Shown piece after piece: positions 34,401-41,673 of a stretch of DNA of 64,000 nt. Origin of the DNA: Myxococcota bacterium (GTDB lineage Bacteria; Myxococcota_A; Polyangia; Nannocystales; Nannocystaceae); the NCBI GenBank assembly GCA_039194325.1, contig JBCCWC010000013.1, forward strand, positions 1-64,000. Direction: 5' to 3'. Within the stretch, counting starts at the first letter, position 1. Each line of letters opens with the position of its first letter. The notes under the pieces are model-generated. The model searched no databases. It saw only the letters and a program-made list of their open reading frames with translations, and was not told the origin of the DNA. Both the position numbers and the translations under genes were made by a program.

Positions 34401-35214
34401 AGAACAACTCTCCAGACCACATGTGGATCGAGATCGTGCGATCTTCGCTGCCCTGTGGCACCGCCCACAAGAGCATCTTCTGATCGCTGATCGCGAAGTC
34501 GGCCTTGAGCCAGAATTCGACGGTGATCTGGCTCTGAACGCCGCTGAACACCTCGCCAGGGATCTCGACGCGGCCCGCGGTGGTGCCGTCGAATCGAAAC
34601 GAGGGGATGTTGTCGACATCGAGGTCGGGCTCGGGGCCACGGTAGATCAACCCGACTCCGCTGGGCACGGACTTACGCATCATCGCGACGATGTCGTACT
34701 GCGTCCGCGCGACGTTCCAGATCCGGAACTCGGTGATATCGCCGATCCAGTGATCGGTGGCGTTGACCCCACCGCTGATCGTGCCCTCGCCGATCCCGCT
34801 CATCGCCATCGTGTGACCCGATGCTTCGGCGAACAGCGATCCATTGCGGTAGATCTTCGACGTACCCGCCTCAGCGTCCTTGACGAAGGCCCAGTGTACC
34901 CACTCTCCGCGCGCGAACTCTTCAGCGGTGATCGTCTTGTTGAGGGCATCGAATCCAGCACCCGCGCCGGTATGAAAGTAGAGGTTACCCGCCCACACAT
35001 GAATCGAGAGCGCACGATCCGTGCTGCTCTGCGGGGTCGACCACATCATGGTCCGCTGATCGCTCGGGTCAAAGTCTGCTCTCGACCAGAACTCGACCGT
35101 GACCTGATCTTGTAGAGAACTCCAGACCTCGGCGGGGATCGTCAGCGCCGTCGTAGCCGTGCCGTCAAAGTGAAACCGTGAGGCGTTGTAGAGGTCGAGA
35201 TCGGTGATGGTCAT
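28468..35214 (-). CDS. Giant (~2250 aa) protein: six LamG/concanavalin-like domains, beta-rich middle region, helical repeats, C-terminal His-X-Asp repeat tail
   Basis: Six modules with W[VTY]H[WLI]A...Y.[ND]G...G.I.E.R.WN patterns; AL..AGY...EV helical repeats; tail PHIDHIDILPHLDHFDVIPHVDHFDVVPHFDFW; ATG 35214 with GGGGA RBS; no signal peptide seen. Confidence 0.88.
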   Translation of the reverse strand: MTITDLDLYNASRFHFDGTATTALTIPAEVWSSLQDQVTVEFWSRADFDPSDQRTMMWSTPQSSTDRALSIHVWAGNLYFHTGAGAGFDALNKTITAEEFARGEWVHWAFVKDAEAGTSKIYRNGSLFAEASGHTMAMSGIGEGTISGGVNATDHWIGDITEFRIWNVARTQYDIVAMMRKSVPSGVGLIYRGPEPDLDVDNIPSFRFDGTTAGRVEIPGEVFSGVQSQITVEFWLKADFAISDQKMLLWAVPQGSEDRTISIHMWSGELFFQSGEGAGWDHLTQTMSAADLARGEWVHWAFTKNTTTGVARIYRNGALFAEGLNQTMGLSDIGEASFGGGYQGGHYLVGEATEIRVWNVERSEAELAANMHKCLAGETSLVYREPGQQAGPAAELVLADAQNVQFDGTSKASLDVPAEVFPRIQSQITVEVWVNANFELNDKRILLWATPKGSSDRTVSIHMWLGSLYFQTGAGAGFDSLSKAMSATDLASGEWVHWAFTKNADTGTAKIYRNGELFVEEAEQTKVLDDIGQATIGGGYNSNTHWKGDMAEIRIWNVERSQSEVRASMHKHLLAADNLLYQHPAQPLALLLANDTDYLEVPHAERLSPSRFTISCWVNVSGGGGTKRSPVTCSSTSAPDDYRGYLLYAGDDNLWQFWLGTGAGWSVVSGPAVSLSQWTHLAATYDGLTMRFYVDGELIGSQASSFAKNPAQPLYIGTGEASSSPAFPFPGRVAEVALWDHVRAHEQIAAGMHRRLTGRELGLVAYWSLAGTSLDQTVHLHHGVRRGGTWSSGKSLDAADVSGLVPAPEPAPTRAVLSFDGKDDYVYLGTVDKASALVSQTLTAEVWVKPASFKGWDAYIGVLEWTSTSQKGWFLGANYGHFSLVMSTVGTNIGGGTLRYVRTQQKFDVDRWYHIAGVYDGATMKLYVDGDLMGTSAVPSGAIVYPPAAEFIIGSYKHSDRFFPFHGAITEVRLGNIARTQEQIRSTMYRRFTGDEPGLVGYWPMDDAEGELVYDRTPGKTHGRLIGGSSWRQGTDLPLVPVSSLKQPNTILCVDGVDDRVEVGHDAALNPAQFTMTCWALATGGSGTWRSPLTSRSTTASHPYRGYAFYAGKNNRWQFWVGDGSQWFVVSGPEVEFNRWVHLAATYDGQDLVLYVNGELIETKAATYAANPSASLFIGCSESDGSHKLYFPGKIDEVAIWNTVRTAQQIKSGMVEYLTGSEAGLVAYWNFEDSTTSDRTGNGHDGVNHGAAFAADDAVLSERLGHGYEQNSITSVPPTPLPVPTLVSQGKIPQYDLLQRLQAAISGNALTLDASLLGPFSDIADAAFDLIEVFIQIENPQLRLVEGRPGILGEPGREIDPSNDLVGEDYSKVELTGTVSLFGEVGVKITAEFFTNKGEPKTAIKFELPGADVEDPPTPTFGLGNVFPDIPIISSLNFAGPTFIVANDGTLYDSGFDSEVQEGINFLANVEISNSTDPMWQLIGDLLHVERLGIHAAVVNGDQGVKYIAELSAQRNVEIISGADFTVTYSRADIGLEISGTPLEPTITLGGDLVVSLKNVVSSDFDHLVFTGGIKLQAESISGFLTLNGTGRSPKGDLEGYTQNNEWRDPLGIRGLIIRQLSFQLGLTYLPPFIDNVGIQGNLRIGDIDGSVGVMVDVNDADQFVVAGHTDRITLIQLMAVTTPPTLAAYLALPEALQNQLNNVVDVALEDVKVSIVPSATSIGAVHYRDEGFTVAGDLRVFGWHAEVDANADYKDGVTVRGAMDPINLLGGAFQVTGAHGAPKPFLDVALRLDEFNVEISSHVTLLGISQDLYFRVDPNDGLYFLLSQRIGDLLSIDLRCAWNDGTLAATGRFDFDLDVEIPGFNLLGVVVVDRIRLIDVSVSAQVSMTITSAPSFSLSFTGSFSLWGMSLSTGLISVDVAPSDFGSIHQVLIDHLTSNAASIFGDILDNSWRWASAIADGIIDFAGDAFTVLKDVFNETAENAAKIVGVLSQGATEIARGLRTVYGLLEEGVAFALHGAGYLAHQISKGLSAAFTITTQVAAQVLKAVGFFAEDVTDALKGTFTDSLQVVTSALRQAGYLANDVIKGVKGTFAHLATDIAQAMYRAGYLAGEVGAALGDVLDTTIGTAAKALGYAGYAVTEVGDALITGFNATANGVSEALEFAGYGINEVGNVLKDVGGFADTVVNDALLHAGYASDAVSDFMGTVFGGSWLPHIDHIDILPHLDHFDVIPHVDHFDVVPHFDFW
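28471..28569 (-). repeat. 9-codon-periodic PHxDHxDxx repeat (7 HxD motifs), putative RiPP-like core
   Basis: Direct translation of the last 33 codons of the giant ORF. Confidence 0.85.
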
Positions 35215-35539
35215 GCGGGTTCCCCGGATCGGCGTGAGTGCGTTGTCCACCACAGCGGGCACGACTACACATCACCGGTAGCGAAGTGCCCGGCGTTGGC
35301 GTAGTGCTCACCATCAACGTGGCGACTCCTGATGGTCATCCCCACGCGCGCTTGTGTGGAATCGAACTGGCCTCATCATCTCTATTCGCCAGCCAAGGCG
35401 AATACAAGAGACTGAAACCGGGTGAAATCGTCGGACGTAGGGAGCACGAGCACCGGCCGCTTGGGTCCGGCTCCCTTCGGCCTGACGCCGCGGCCGGGCA
35501 CCGGCCGGCCTCGCTATGCCTGCTCTACGATCGCACCGC

Positions 35540-36436
35540 TCAGGCCACGAACCAACCGGCGATTGGCGCAGGCTCCTTGCCGCAGCTAGGCGGCGCTTTG
35601 GGCCCGAGCATGCGACGCTCCAGTGCAACCTCGTGGGCCTGCCCGTCGTGGTCACGTAACGTCACCACCACCCGCCCCTCGCCCTGCTCATGCTCCACGG
35701 ACGCGAGCGCGCCGGTCTCCAGCCGACCCGTACGTCCGCGCCAGATCGTCTCCGCTGCCTGCTCGACCGAGTGCAGCGAGGTGCGCCCCCGCAGACGATC
35801 GAGCCGATACACGGTGCCGTCGACGGCCGCCTGCGCCAGCCCGGGCGCGTCCTGGGGCTCGATCCGCCCGTAGCACAGCCCCGCCGGCAGCTGCAGCAGG
35901 GTGGCAGCGAACCGATGCCCCCCTAGGTGCGTGGTCTGCCAGACCTCCACTCCCTCTTGCTCGGCCAGCGCCCGGGCCACGGGGATCCCCTCCTTGGAGC
36001 AACACACGTCCCGACGACCGTTGGTGCACACGAGCATCAGCGGCTCGGCGACCTCGCGCGCACCCTCGATGGCGTCGCCCGCCCGCAAGGACTTCACCAG
36101 CGCGGGCACGTCGAGCTCGAGCAGCGCCGACGCTGAGTCCAGCGTCCACGTGACCAGCCGCGCGCCCACCAGATCGGAGACCCCCAACCAAAACCTCAAC
36201 GGGCCGTTATGGGGACCGCTTTGGCGCACCAGCTGCACCCGAGCGCCCGCGATCGTGTCCTGCCAGCCCATGAGGCGCTCCTTGACCGGATCGGGCAGAT
36301 CGCACTCGGGCACCGCCTTGGCTCCCCAGGGCCCCCGGTGCTCGAGCACGATCCACACCGAGGTGCTCGCCACCGCAGTGCCGGCGATGGGCTCCCCGAG
36401 CGCACGCGAGAGCTGGCTGCAACGATCGGTCACCAC
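35540..36436 (-). CDS. Sucrase/ferredoxin-like (Apd1-type 2Fe-2S) protein
   Basis: LEHRGPWG, CTNGRRDVCC, HLGGHRFA, YGR motifs. Confidence 0.88.
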   Translation of the reverse strand: MVTDRCSQLSRALGEPIAGTAVASTSVWIVLEHRGPWGAKAVPECDLPDPVKERLMGWQDTIAGARVQLVRQSGPHNGPLRFWLGVSDLVGARLVTWTLDSASALLELDVPALVKSLRAGDAIEGAREVAEPLMLVCTNGRRDVCCSKEGIPVARALAEQEGVEVWQTTHLGGHRFAATLLQLPAGLCYGRIEPQDAPGLAQAAVDGTVYRLDRLRGRTSLHSVEQAAETIWRGRTGRLETGALASVEHEQGEGRVVVTLRDHDGQAHEVALERRMLGPKAPPSCGKEPAPIAGWFVA

Positions 36437-36448
36437 TCGCTGCTCCCC

Positions 36449-37126
36449 TTAGCCGAGGTTGGCCCGCAGGTACTCCAGCGAGCGCTCCCAGGCCTGCTTG
36501 GCCGGTCCCTCGGCGTAGGCGTCGGGTCGCGAGTCGTTGAAGAACGCGTGCCCGGCCTCGTAGAAGTGCGGATCGATCGTCCCCCCCGCTCCGCGGATCT
36601 CTTCGATGAGCGCACGGGCGTTGTCAGGGGTCACGAAGCCATCGTCGTTGGCAAAGTGGGCCAGCACCGGGCACCGCAGCTTCGAAAAGTCGGGCCCCAC
36701 ATTGGGATGGATCCCATAAAAGTTGACGCAAGCCGAGACTTGGTCGTGCTCGGTGGCGGCAAAGAGCGCCAGCTGGCCGCCCATGCAAAAGCCCAGCGCG
36801 CCCACCTTCTTGGGCGTGACCGCGTCGAGCCCAAGAAGGTGGTCGGCCGCTCCCCGCAGATCCTTGCCGGTCTGGGCGATGTCCAGAGCCATGAGCTTGC
36901 GACCCGCCTCGTCGGGATCGGTGGTGTTGTCGCCGCGGTACAGGTCGGGCGCCAGGGCCACGAACCCCTCGGCGGCGAAGCGATCGGCGACCTCCTTGAT
37001 GTGATCGACCAAGCCCCACCACTCCTGGATCACGATGAGGCCGGGGCCCTGGCCCGAGGGCGGAGTGGCGAGGTAACCGGCGGCGGTGCCTCCGTTGGCG
37101 GCAAATTCGATCATCTCTCCGGGCAT
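36449..37126 (-). CDS. Dienelactone hydrolase family protein
   Basis: IQEWWGL, APDLY, GFCMGG nucleophile motif, AGHAFFND; AAAGGAG RBS before ATG 37126. Confidence 0.92.
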   Translation of the reverse strand: MPGEMIEFAANGGTAAGYLATPPSGQGPGLIVIQEWWGLVDHIKEVADRFAAEGFVALAPDLYRGDNTTDPDEAGRKLMALDIAQTGKDLRGAADHLLGLDAVTPKKVGALGFCMGGQLALFAATEHDQVSACVNFYGIHPNVGPDFSKLRCPVLAHFANDDGFVTPDNARALIEEIRGAGGTIDPHFYEAGHAFFNDSRPDAYAEGPAKQAWERSLEYLRANLG

Positions 37127-37304
37127 GGCGAACTCCTTTGGATCTGGATCGGCGACTTGGCCCCGTGGATCCGGCAGATCCCCGGCACGAGCCGGGCGTG
37201 AGTGTAGCCAGCGACCCCCGCGAGGAAAATGCGAGCCCCCAAAACCGAAGGCTCGCCCGTCTACGGGCCCTCGAACGGTTCCGTCCGCGGTGCTGCGGCC
37301 GGTG

Positions 37305-37470
37305 CTACTTGACGGAGTGCTTGGCCAGCCAAGCGTCGACTTGGGCGAGATACGCTCTGGTATGCGCGCCCTCACCATCGGCTGCGAGCCAGGCATCCCG
37401 GGCCTGCTCGGCCAAGCCGCGAGCGCGCCGCCGCTCCGACCGTGTGCGCCGTAGGGCCCGGGCAAGCATG
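37305..37470 (-). pseudogene. Orphan C-terminal fragment of a kinase-TPR gene
   Basis: LARAL...RARGLAEQARDAW...LAQVDAWLAKH* resembles the ends of the two kinases in this window (LDAWLASH, VEAWLAAH). Confidence 0.55.
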
Positions 37471-37622
37471 GGGCCATGGGCAACGACGCGCGGCGAGAGC
37501 AGGCCCGCTGCGGAGGAGCCAATGTACGCCGCACTACCGGGCGGTCGCGACGAAGAATCGTCGTCGATCTTGCTGAGCCGAAAACCGAGGGCACCGGCCA
37601 CTGCCCTCGTGGAGGATCTCGC

Positions 37623-39305
37623 ATGAACGACACCGCCTCGCTCGCATTCCTGACCGTCAGCCTCGCCGTCGTCGGGTGCTACGATGGCTCGGAATCGGAC
37701 TCTTCGGACGGCAGCGACAGTGCCGTCACGCTCGGCACCGCCGGCACGAACCCGGGCACCGAGACCAGCGATGGCGACGGCACGGCCGACGGGGCCTCCA
37801 CAAGCGCTGACGATGAATCGTCCTCCGACGATGGCTCGCTACCTCCGCCCGAAGGCGTGCTCGCAGGAGGGATCGCGGTCGACACGGTGGCGGTCAACCA
37901 GGGGGTCGGGATCTCGATCGTCGAGCAGGGCGCGCTGCTATCCACCGACGCTCGGGTCGCCCCGGTGATCGCGGGCCGCCCCGGCCTGATCCGCGCGTCC
38001 TATCAGCTCGCGCCTGATTTCGCCCCGCGCGCGATCGTCGGGCGCCTGTGGCTGCGCAACGGCCCCGACCTCAACGCCGTCTACACCGAGGAGCGCCTGA
38101 TCGACGGACCACCGGACTGGTCGGACATCGACGGCACCTTCCACTGGGTCGTCGAGCCCGAAGATCTCACGGCGCAGACCGAGTTCCGCGTGCAGTTCCT
38201 CGAGGTCGACGACAACGGCGAGCCGGTCGGCGACATCACGGGCTCGGAGTTCCCCGCCGGCGAGTTCGCCCCGCTCGATGCATGGGGCGACCGCATGGTC
38301 ATCGACCTGATGCTCGTGCCCTTCACCTGCGCCGGCTACCCCGACCTGGTGCTCGACCCGGTCGATCTGGCGGACTTCGAGGCGTTCTTGTTCAACACCA
38401 TGCCCGTGCAAGCGCTGGTGCTCACGGTGCACGATCCGGTCCCCTCGGCCTCCTGCAGCGAGTTCGACGCGGCCGAGATCGACCTGCCCGCGCTGCGCGA
38501 GGCCGAAGGGGCCGACCCCTGGGTGTACTACGGGGGCCTATTGCCCGGAGACGGCGGCGGCTACTCGATCGCCATCGAAGACAGCGACCAGATGGACTTC
38601 CGCCGCACCTTCGCCAACCACGCCTGGCGGGACTACGGGCTCACCGCGGATCTGTTCGCCCATGAGCTGGGGCACAACCACGGGCGCGATCACACCTTCG
38701 AGGATCCGACCTTCCCCGGCGATGTCAGCAGCCTGTGCGGCACGACCGACACGTACGGGTGGGGCCCGCGATCGTCGATGATGCCCAGCTCAGGGTACAG
38801 CAACGATCTCGATCTGGGCCTGAGCTGGTTCGACCCCCACGAAGAGCTGCTCCTCCCCACCAGCCAGCCCTGCAGCGGACTCCCCGACGGCAACCGCTAC
38901 AACTTCAACGACATGATGAGCTACGTGTACCCGTACTGGGTCAGCGCCTATAACTACGCGGCCCTGGCCGAGCGCGTGCGGCTGATCTCCACCTGGTCGG
39001 CGCAGGACAAGCCCGCCCCTCCCTCGGGCCGAACGCTGCGGCTGGTGATCGGACCCGAGGGCGACGTGCACCGCACCAGCCACAAGGGCGCGCGACCAGT
39101 GACGGAGCCCGACACCTGGGCCACCTGTGGAGACGAGCGCGTCCCGGTTCGCACCACCCGAACCTGGCTCGAGCGACCAACATCCGACGGTCCGCTCGAG
39201 CGCTTCGAATACCGCGGCTTCGAGTTGCCGCTGCCGGTGGATGTCGATCCCGCCACGTGCGTGCTGGATCACGAGGGCTCGCCAGTCCCCTTCACCGTTC
39301 GCTGA
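37623..39305 (+). CDS. Lipoprotein metzincin-type metalloprotease (M66-like)
   Basis: GGAGGA RBS; lipobox AVVGC; HELGHNHGRDH (HExxHxxGxxH) and Met-turn DMMSY. Confidence 0.85.
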   Translation: MNDTASLAFLTVSLAVVGCYDGSESDSSDGSDSAVTLGTAGTNPGTETSDGDGTADGASTSADDESSSDDGSLPPPEGVLAGGIAVDTVAVNQGVGISIVEQGALLSTDARVAPVIAGRPGLIRASYQLAPDFAPRAIVGRLWLRNGPDLNAVYTEERLIDGPPDWSDIDGTFHWVVEPEDLTAQTEFRVQFLEVDDNGEPVGDITGSEFPAGEFAPLDAWGDRMVIDLMLVPFTCAGYPDLVLDPVDLADFEAFLFNTMPVQALVLTVHDPVPSASCSEFDAAEIDLPALREAEGADPWVYYGGLLPGDGGGYSIAIEDSDQMDFRRTFANHAWRDYGLTADLFAHELGHNHGRDHTFEDPTFPGDVSSLCGTTDTYGWGPRSSMMPSSGYSNDLDLGLSWFDPHEELLLPTSQPCSGLPDGNRYNFNDMMSYVYPYWVSAYNYAALAERVRLISTWSAQDKPAPPSGRTLRLVIGPEGDVHRTSHKGARPVTEPDTWATCGDERVPVRTTRTWLERPTSDGPLERFEYRGFELPLPVDVDPATCVLDHEGSPVPFTVR

Positions 39306-39359
39306 TCACCGAAGCCACCCACTCGGCCCTCCGCGTCGCACCTGATCCGAGGGAGAGGA

Positions 39360-39422
39360 TGCGACCAGTGCGCGCGTGGTGTACGACCAGTGTGCGACCA
39401 GTGCGCGCGTGATGTACGACCA
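39360..39422 (+). repeat. 33-bp intergenic tandem duplication
   Basis: TGCGACCAGTGCGCGCGTG[G/A]TGTACGACCA occurs twice in tandem. Confidence 0.8.
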
Positions 39423-39969
39423 TTGCGCGACCCGGACGCGATGGGCCGAGGAGGCCCCAAAACCAAAAGGCTCGCCCACCAACGGGCCCTTTCACGCGAC
39501 ATGGCCGGGTCGACCCCGGATCTCGCCAGCGCGCGTAGACGGAGGCCCATCGTAGGACGGATGTAGACCCCAACCTGGTGTGGCTGCGCCGAAGAATCGT
39601 CGTCGATCTCACAAAGAGCGACGACCGGGCGTAATTGCTAGACCTGAATCAAGCGTTGGATCCAAAAAACGCTCTGATTCAGAACTCGCATGAGACGCGA
39701 GGCGAGCGTTCGGAATCGGCGTTAGAGGCACTTTACGGCCCGGTTTCAGCCGATTTCAGGCGGTTGCGTCTCCATCCCAGGCTCTTCATAGTAGCCACCG
39801 GTCGCTGCTTTCGCTGACCTCGAGGGCAAGACCTCTACCTCACGACAAAGTCTTCACACACGCTGAACCTGCATACTATCGCAGCCCCGTTTCTGTGGCA
39901 GTCAATGTGTTCCCTCGCCGCTCGAGGGCACGAGCTCGCAGTGATCAGCCCACCCGGCGATACTACGAC

Positions 39970-40587
39970 ATGGACGAGAACACCGCTGATTTCATCAAGG
40001 CGCTCATCGGCTCCGAACGGACCCCTCCGCAGCTGAACCTGTCACGGGGCTACCTCTCGCCCTCCCCCAAGAGCGGTATGCGTCGGCTCTATACAGCAGC
40101 AAATCTAAAGATCTGGGTCGACATTCCAGAAGATGACGTCCTCCACATCGAGAAGGATCCTCGATTCGACGGGCCCGCGGGCGCCGTGTGGGTTTGGATC
40201 AAGCAGGGATCTGCCGTCCAGGCGGGCTCATCGACACATGAGTCGATACAGCAGCAACAGCAGGCCATCGCCCAGCAAACCGCGGCTCAGCAAGCCACTG
40301 CGCAGCCCGTTGGTCTTGCTACTGCACCGCTGTGCCCCACGGCCCCGCTGTGTCCGACCTACGACCCGGTGTGCCCCAACGGCCAGGCGCCGAATGTGGC
40401 CAACATGGGAGCGCAGATGAATCAGGCACCGCAGATGAATCAGGCACCGCAGATGAATCAGGCACAGATGCCGGAGTGGCTACGCCAGATGTACGCTGGC
40501 GGCTACCGCGGCTACGGCGGCGGCTACGGGATGGGACGATACGGCCAGCCCACGCCGTTTGTATTTACTCGGGGGATTGGACGCTGA
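39970..40587 (+). CDS. Putative RiPP precursor with folded N-terminal domain and T-x3-C repeat core
   Basis: ~90-aa globular-looking region (GYL...RRLY...WVDIPEDDVLH...VWVWIK), Q/A linker, TAPLCP-TAPLCP-TYDPVCP, QMNQAP repeats, YGG-rich tail; first gene of the kinase/LanC operon. Confidence 0.65.
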   Translation: MDENTADFIKALIGSERTPPQLNLSRGYLSPSPKSGMRRLYTAANLKIWVDIPEDDVLHIEKDPRFDGPAGAVWVWIKQGSAVQAGSSTHESIQQQQQAIAQQTAAQQATAQPVGLATAPLCPTAPLCPTYDPVCPNGQAPNVANMGAQMNQAPQMNQAPQMNQAQMPEWLRQMYAGGYRGYGGGYGMGRYGQPTPFVFTRGIGR

Positions 40588-40593
40588 CGACCA

Positions 40594-41664
40594 ATGATGA
40601 TTTCACGGGAAAATATCGGACCCTACCTCACCGAGCGGCGTTTGCTGCCGCTCGAGGAGTTACACGCCGGAAAGGTGAGGGTGTATGCGCGTGGCAGTCG
40701 CAACAACAACCTGGTCATCGAGCGGGCCGAGGGTAACGACTTCTTCGTCAAGCAGAGCCGGATCTCCTTCGACCCATCATCCATTCAGACCTTACGCCGA
40801 GAGGCGATGTTCTACTTCGTGGTCGCGGCTGATCCTGCATATGAGAAGCTCCGCGACCTGCTCATTCGATGCTACTTGTTCGACACGGCACGGAACATCG
40901 TCGTGCTCGACCACCTGACCGGGTTCGAGTCGCTCTTTGACCGGCGGCTGCGGCACGGCCCGTGCTCGGCCCAGATCGGAGAGAGCATCGCTCGTGCGCT
41001 GGCGACTCTGCACGTCCACGGTGCGGCCGCGGTCGGCTCGAGCCCGCACCCGGACGTATTCCCGCAGGCTCTGGTCAACGGGCTCGCGGCCATCGACGCC
41101 CCGATATCCACGATCAAGCCGGGCTTTGACCATATCAAGCGGGCCCTCAACGCCGATCCGGTCGTCATGAACGTGATGCGATCGCTGCGAGACACTTGGT
41201 CCCCGACGACCCTCATCCACAACGATCTGAAGTCTCAGAACATCCTCGTTCGTCGGGAGCAAGCAGACGACGATGAGACCAGCCTATATCTGATCGACTG
41301 GGAATTGGTCGATCGTGGAGATCCTTGTTGGGATCTCGGCTCCATCCTCTCGGACGGTCTATACAGCTACTTGCTGGACTCGTGCGGCATAAAGACGGGC
41401 ATCGAGCAGCTCGCCCAGATCCAGCCGTTCTTGTCGGGTTTCTGGAATCGGTACTGTAGCGATGCTGGCCTGTCGGGTCAGGCCCGGCGGAGCATGACCG
41501 AGCGAGCTGTCAGCATGGCGGGGGCCTGCCTGCTGAACAAGGCGTTCGAGGTCGCGTACATGAGCGACCCTCTGCCGCTTCACGGGCAATTGTGCCTGCA
41601 GACCGCGTTCAACATCTTGCGGGCACCGCAGGTCGCGATGACCCAGATTTTCGGGATCGAGTGA
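40594..41664 (+). CDS. APH-family phosphotransferase (LanK/TvaC-like peptide kinase)
   Basis: SRNNN, FFVKQ, IHNDLKSQNIL, LIDWE, GDPCWDLG. Confidence 0.85.
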   Translation: MMISRENIGPYLTERRLLPLEELHAGKVRVYARGSRNNNLVIERAEGNDFFVKQSRISFDPSSIQTLRREAMFYFVVAADPAYEKLRDLLIRCYLFDTARNIVVLDHLTGFESLFDRRLRHGPCSAQIGESIARALATLHVHGAAAVGSSPHPDVFPQALVNGLAAIDAPISTIKPGFDHIKRALNADPVVMNVMRSLRDTWSPTTLIHNDLKSQNILVRREQADDDETSLYLIDWELVDRGDPCWDLGSILSDGLYSYLLDSCGIKTGIEQLAQIQPFLSGFWNRYCSDAGLSGQARRSMTERAVSMAGACLLNKAFEVAYMSDPLPLHGQLCLQTAFNILRAPQVAMTQIFGIE

Positions 41665-41673
41665 GGCTTGTTC

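Noticed and set aside
28483..35115. Long plus-strand ORFs (410, 530, 368, 463 aa)
   Set aside because: Antisense to the giant LamG gene, which has the coherent domain structure.
37127..37633. N-terminal extension of the dienelactone hydrolase ORF
   Set aside because: Strong RBS at ATG 37126 and the family domain begins there; the extension is not protein-like.
39360..39422. Direct repeats as possible CRISPR array
   Set aside because: Only two adjacent copies, no unique spacers, no cas genes.
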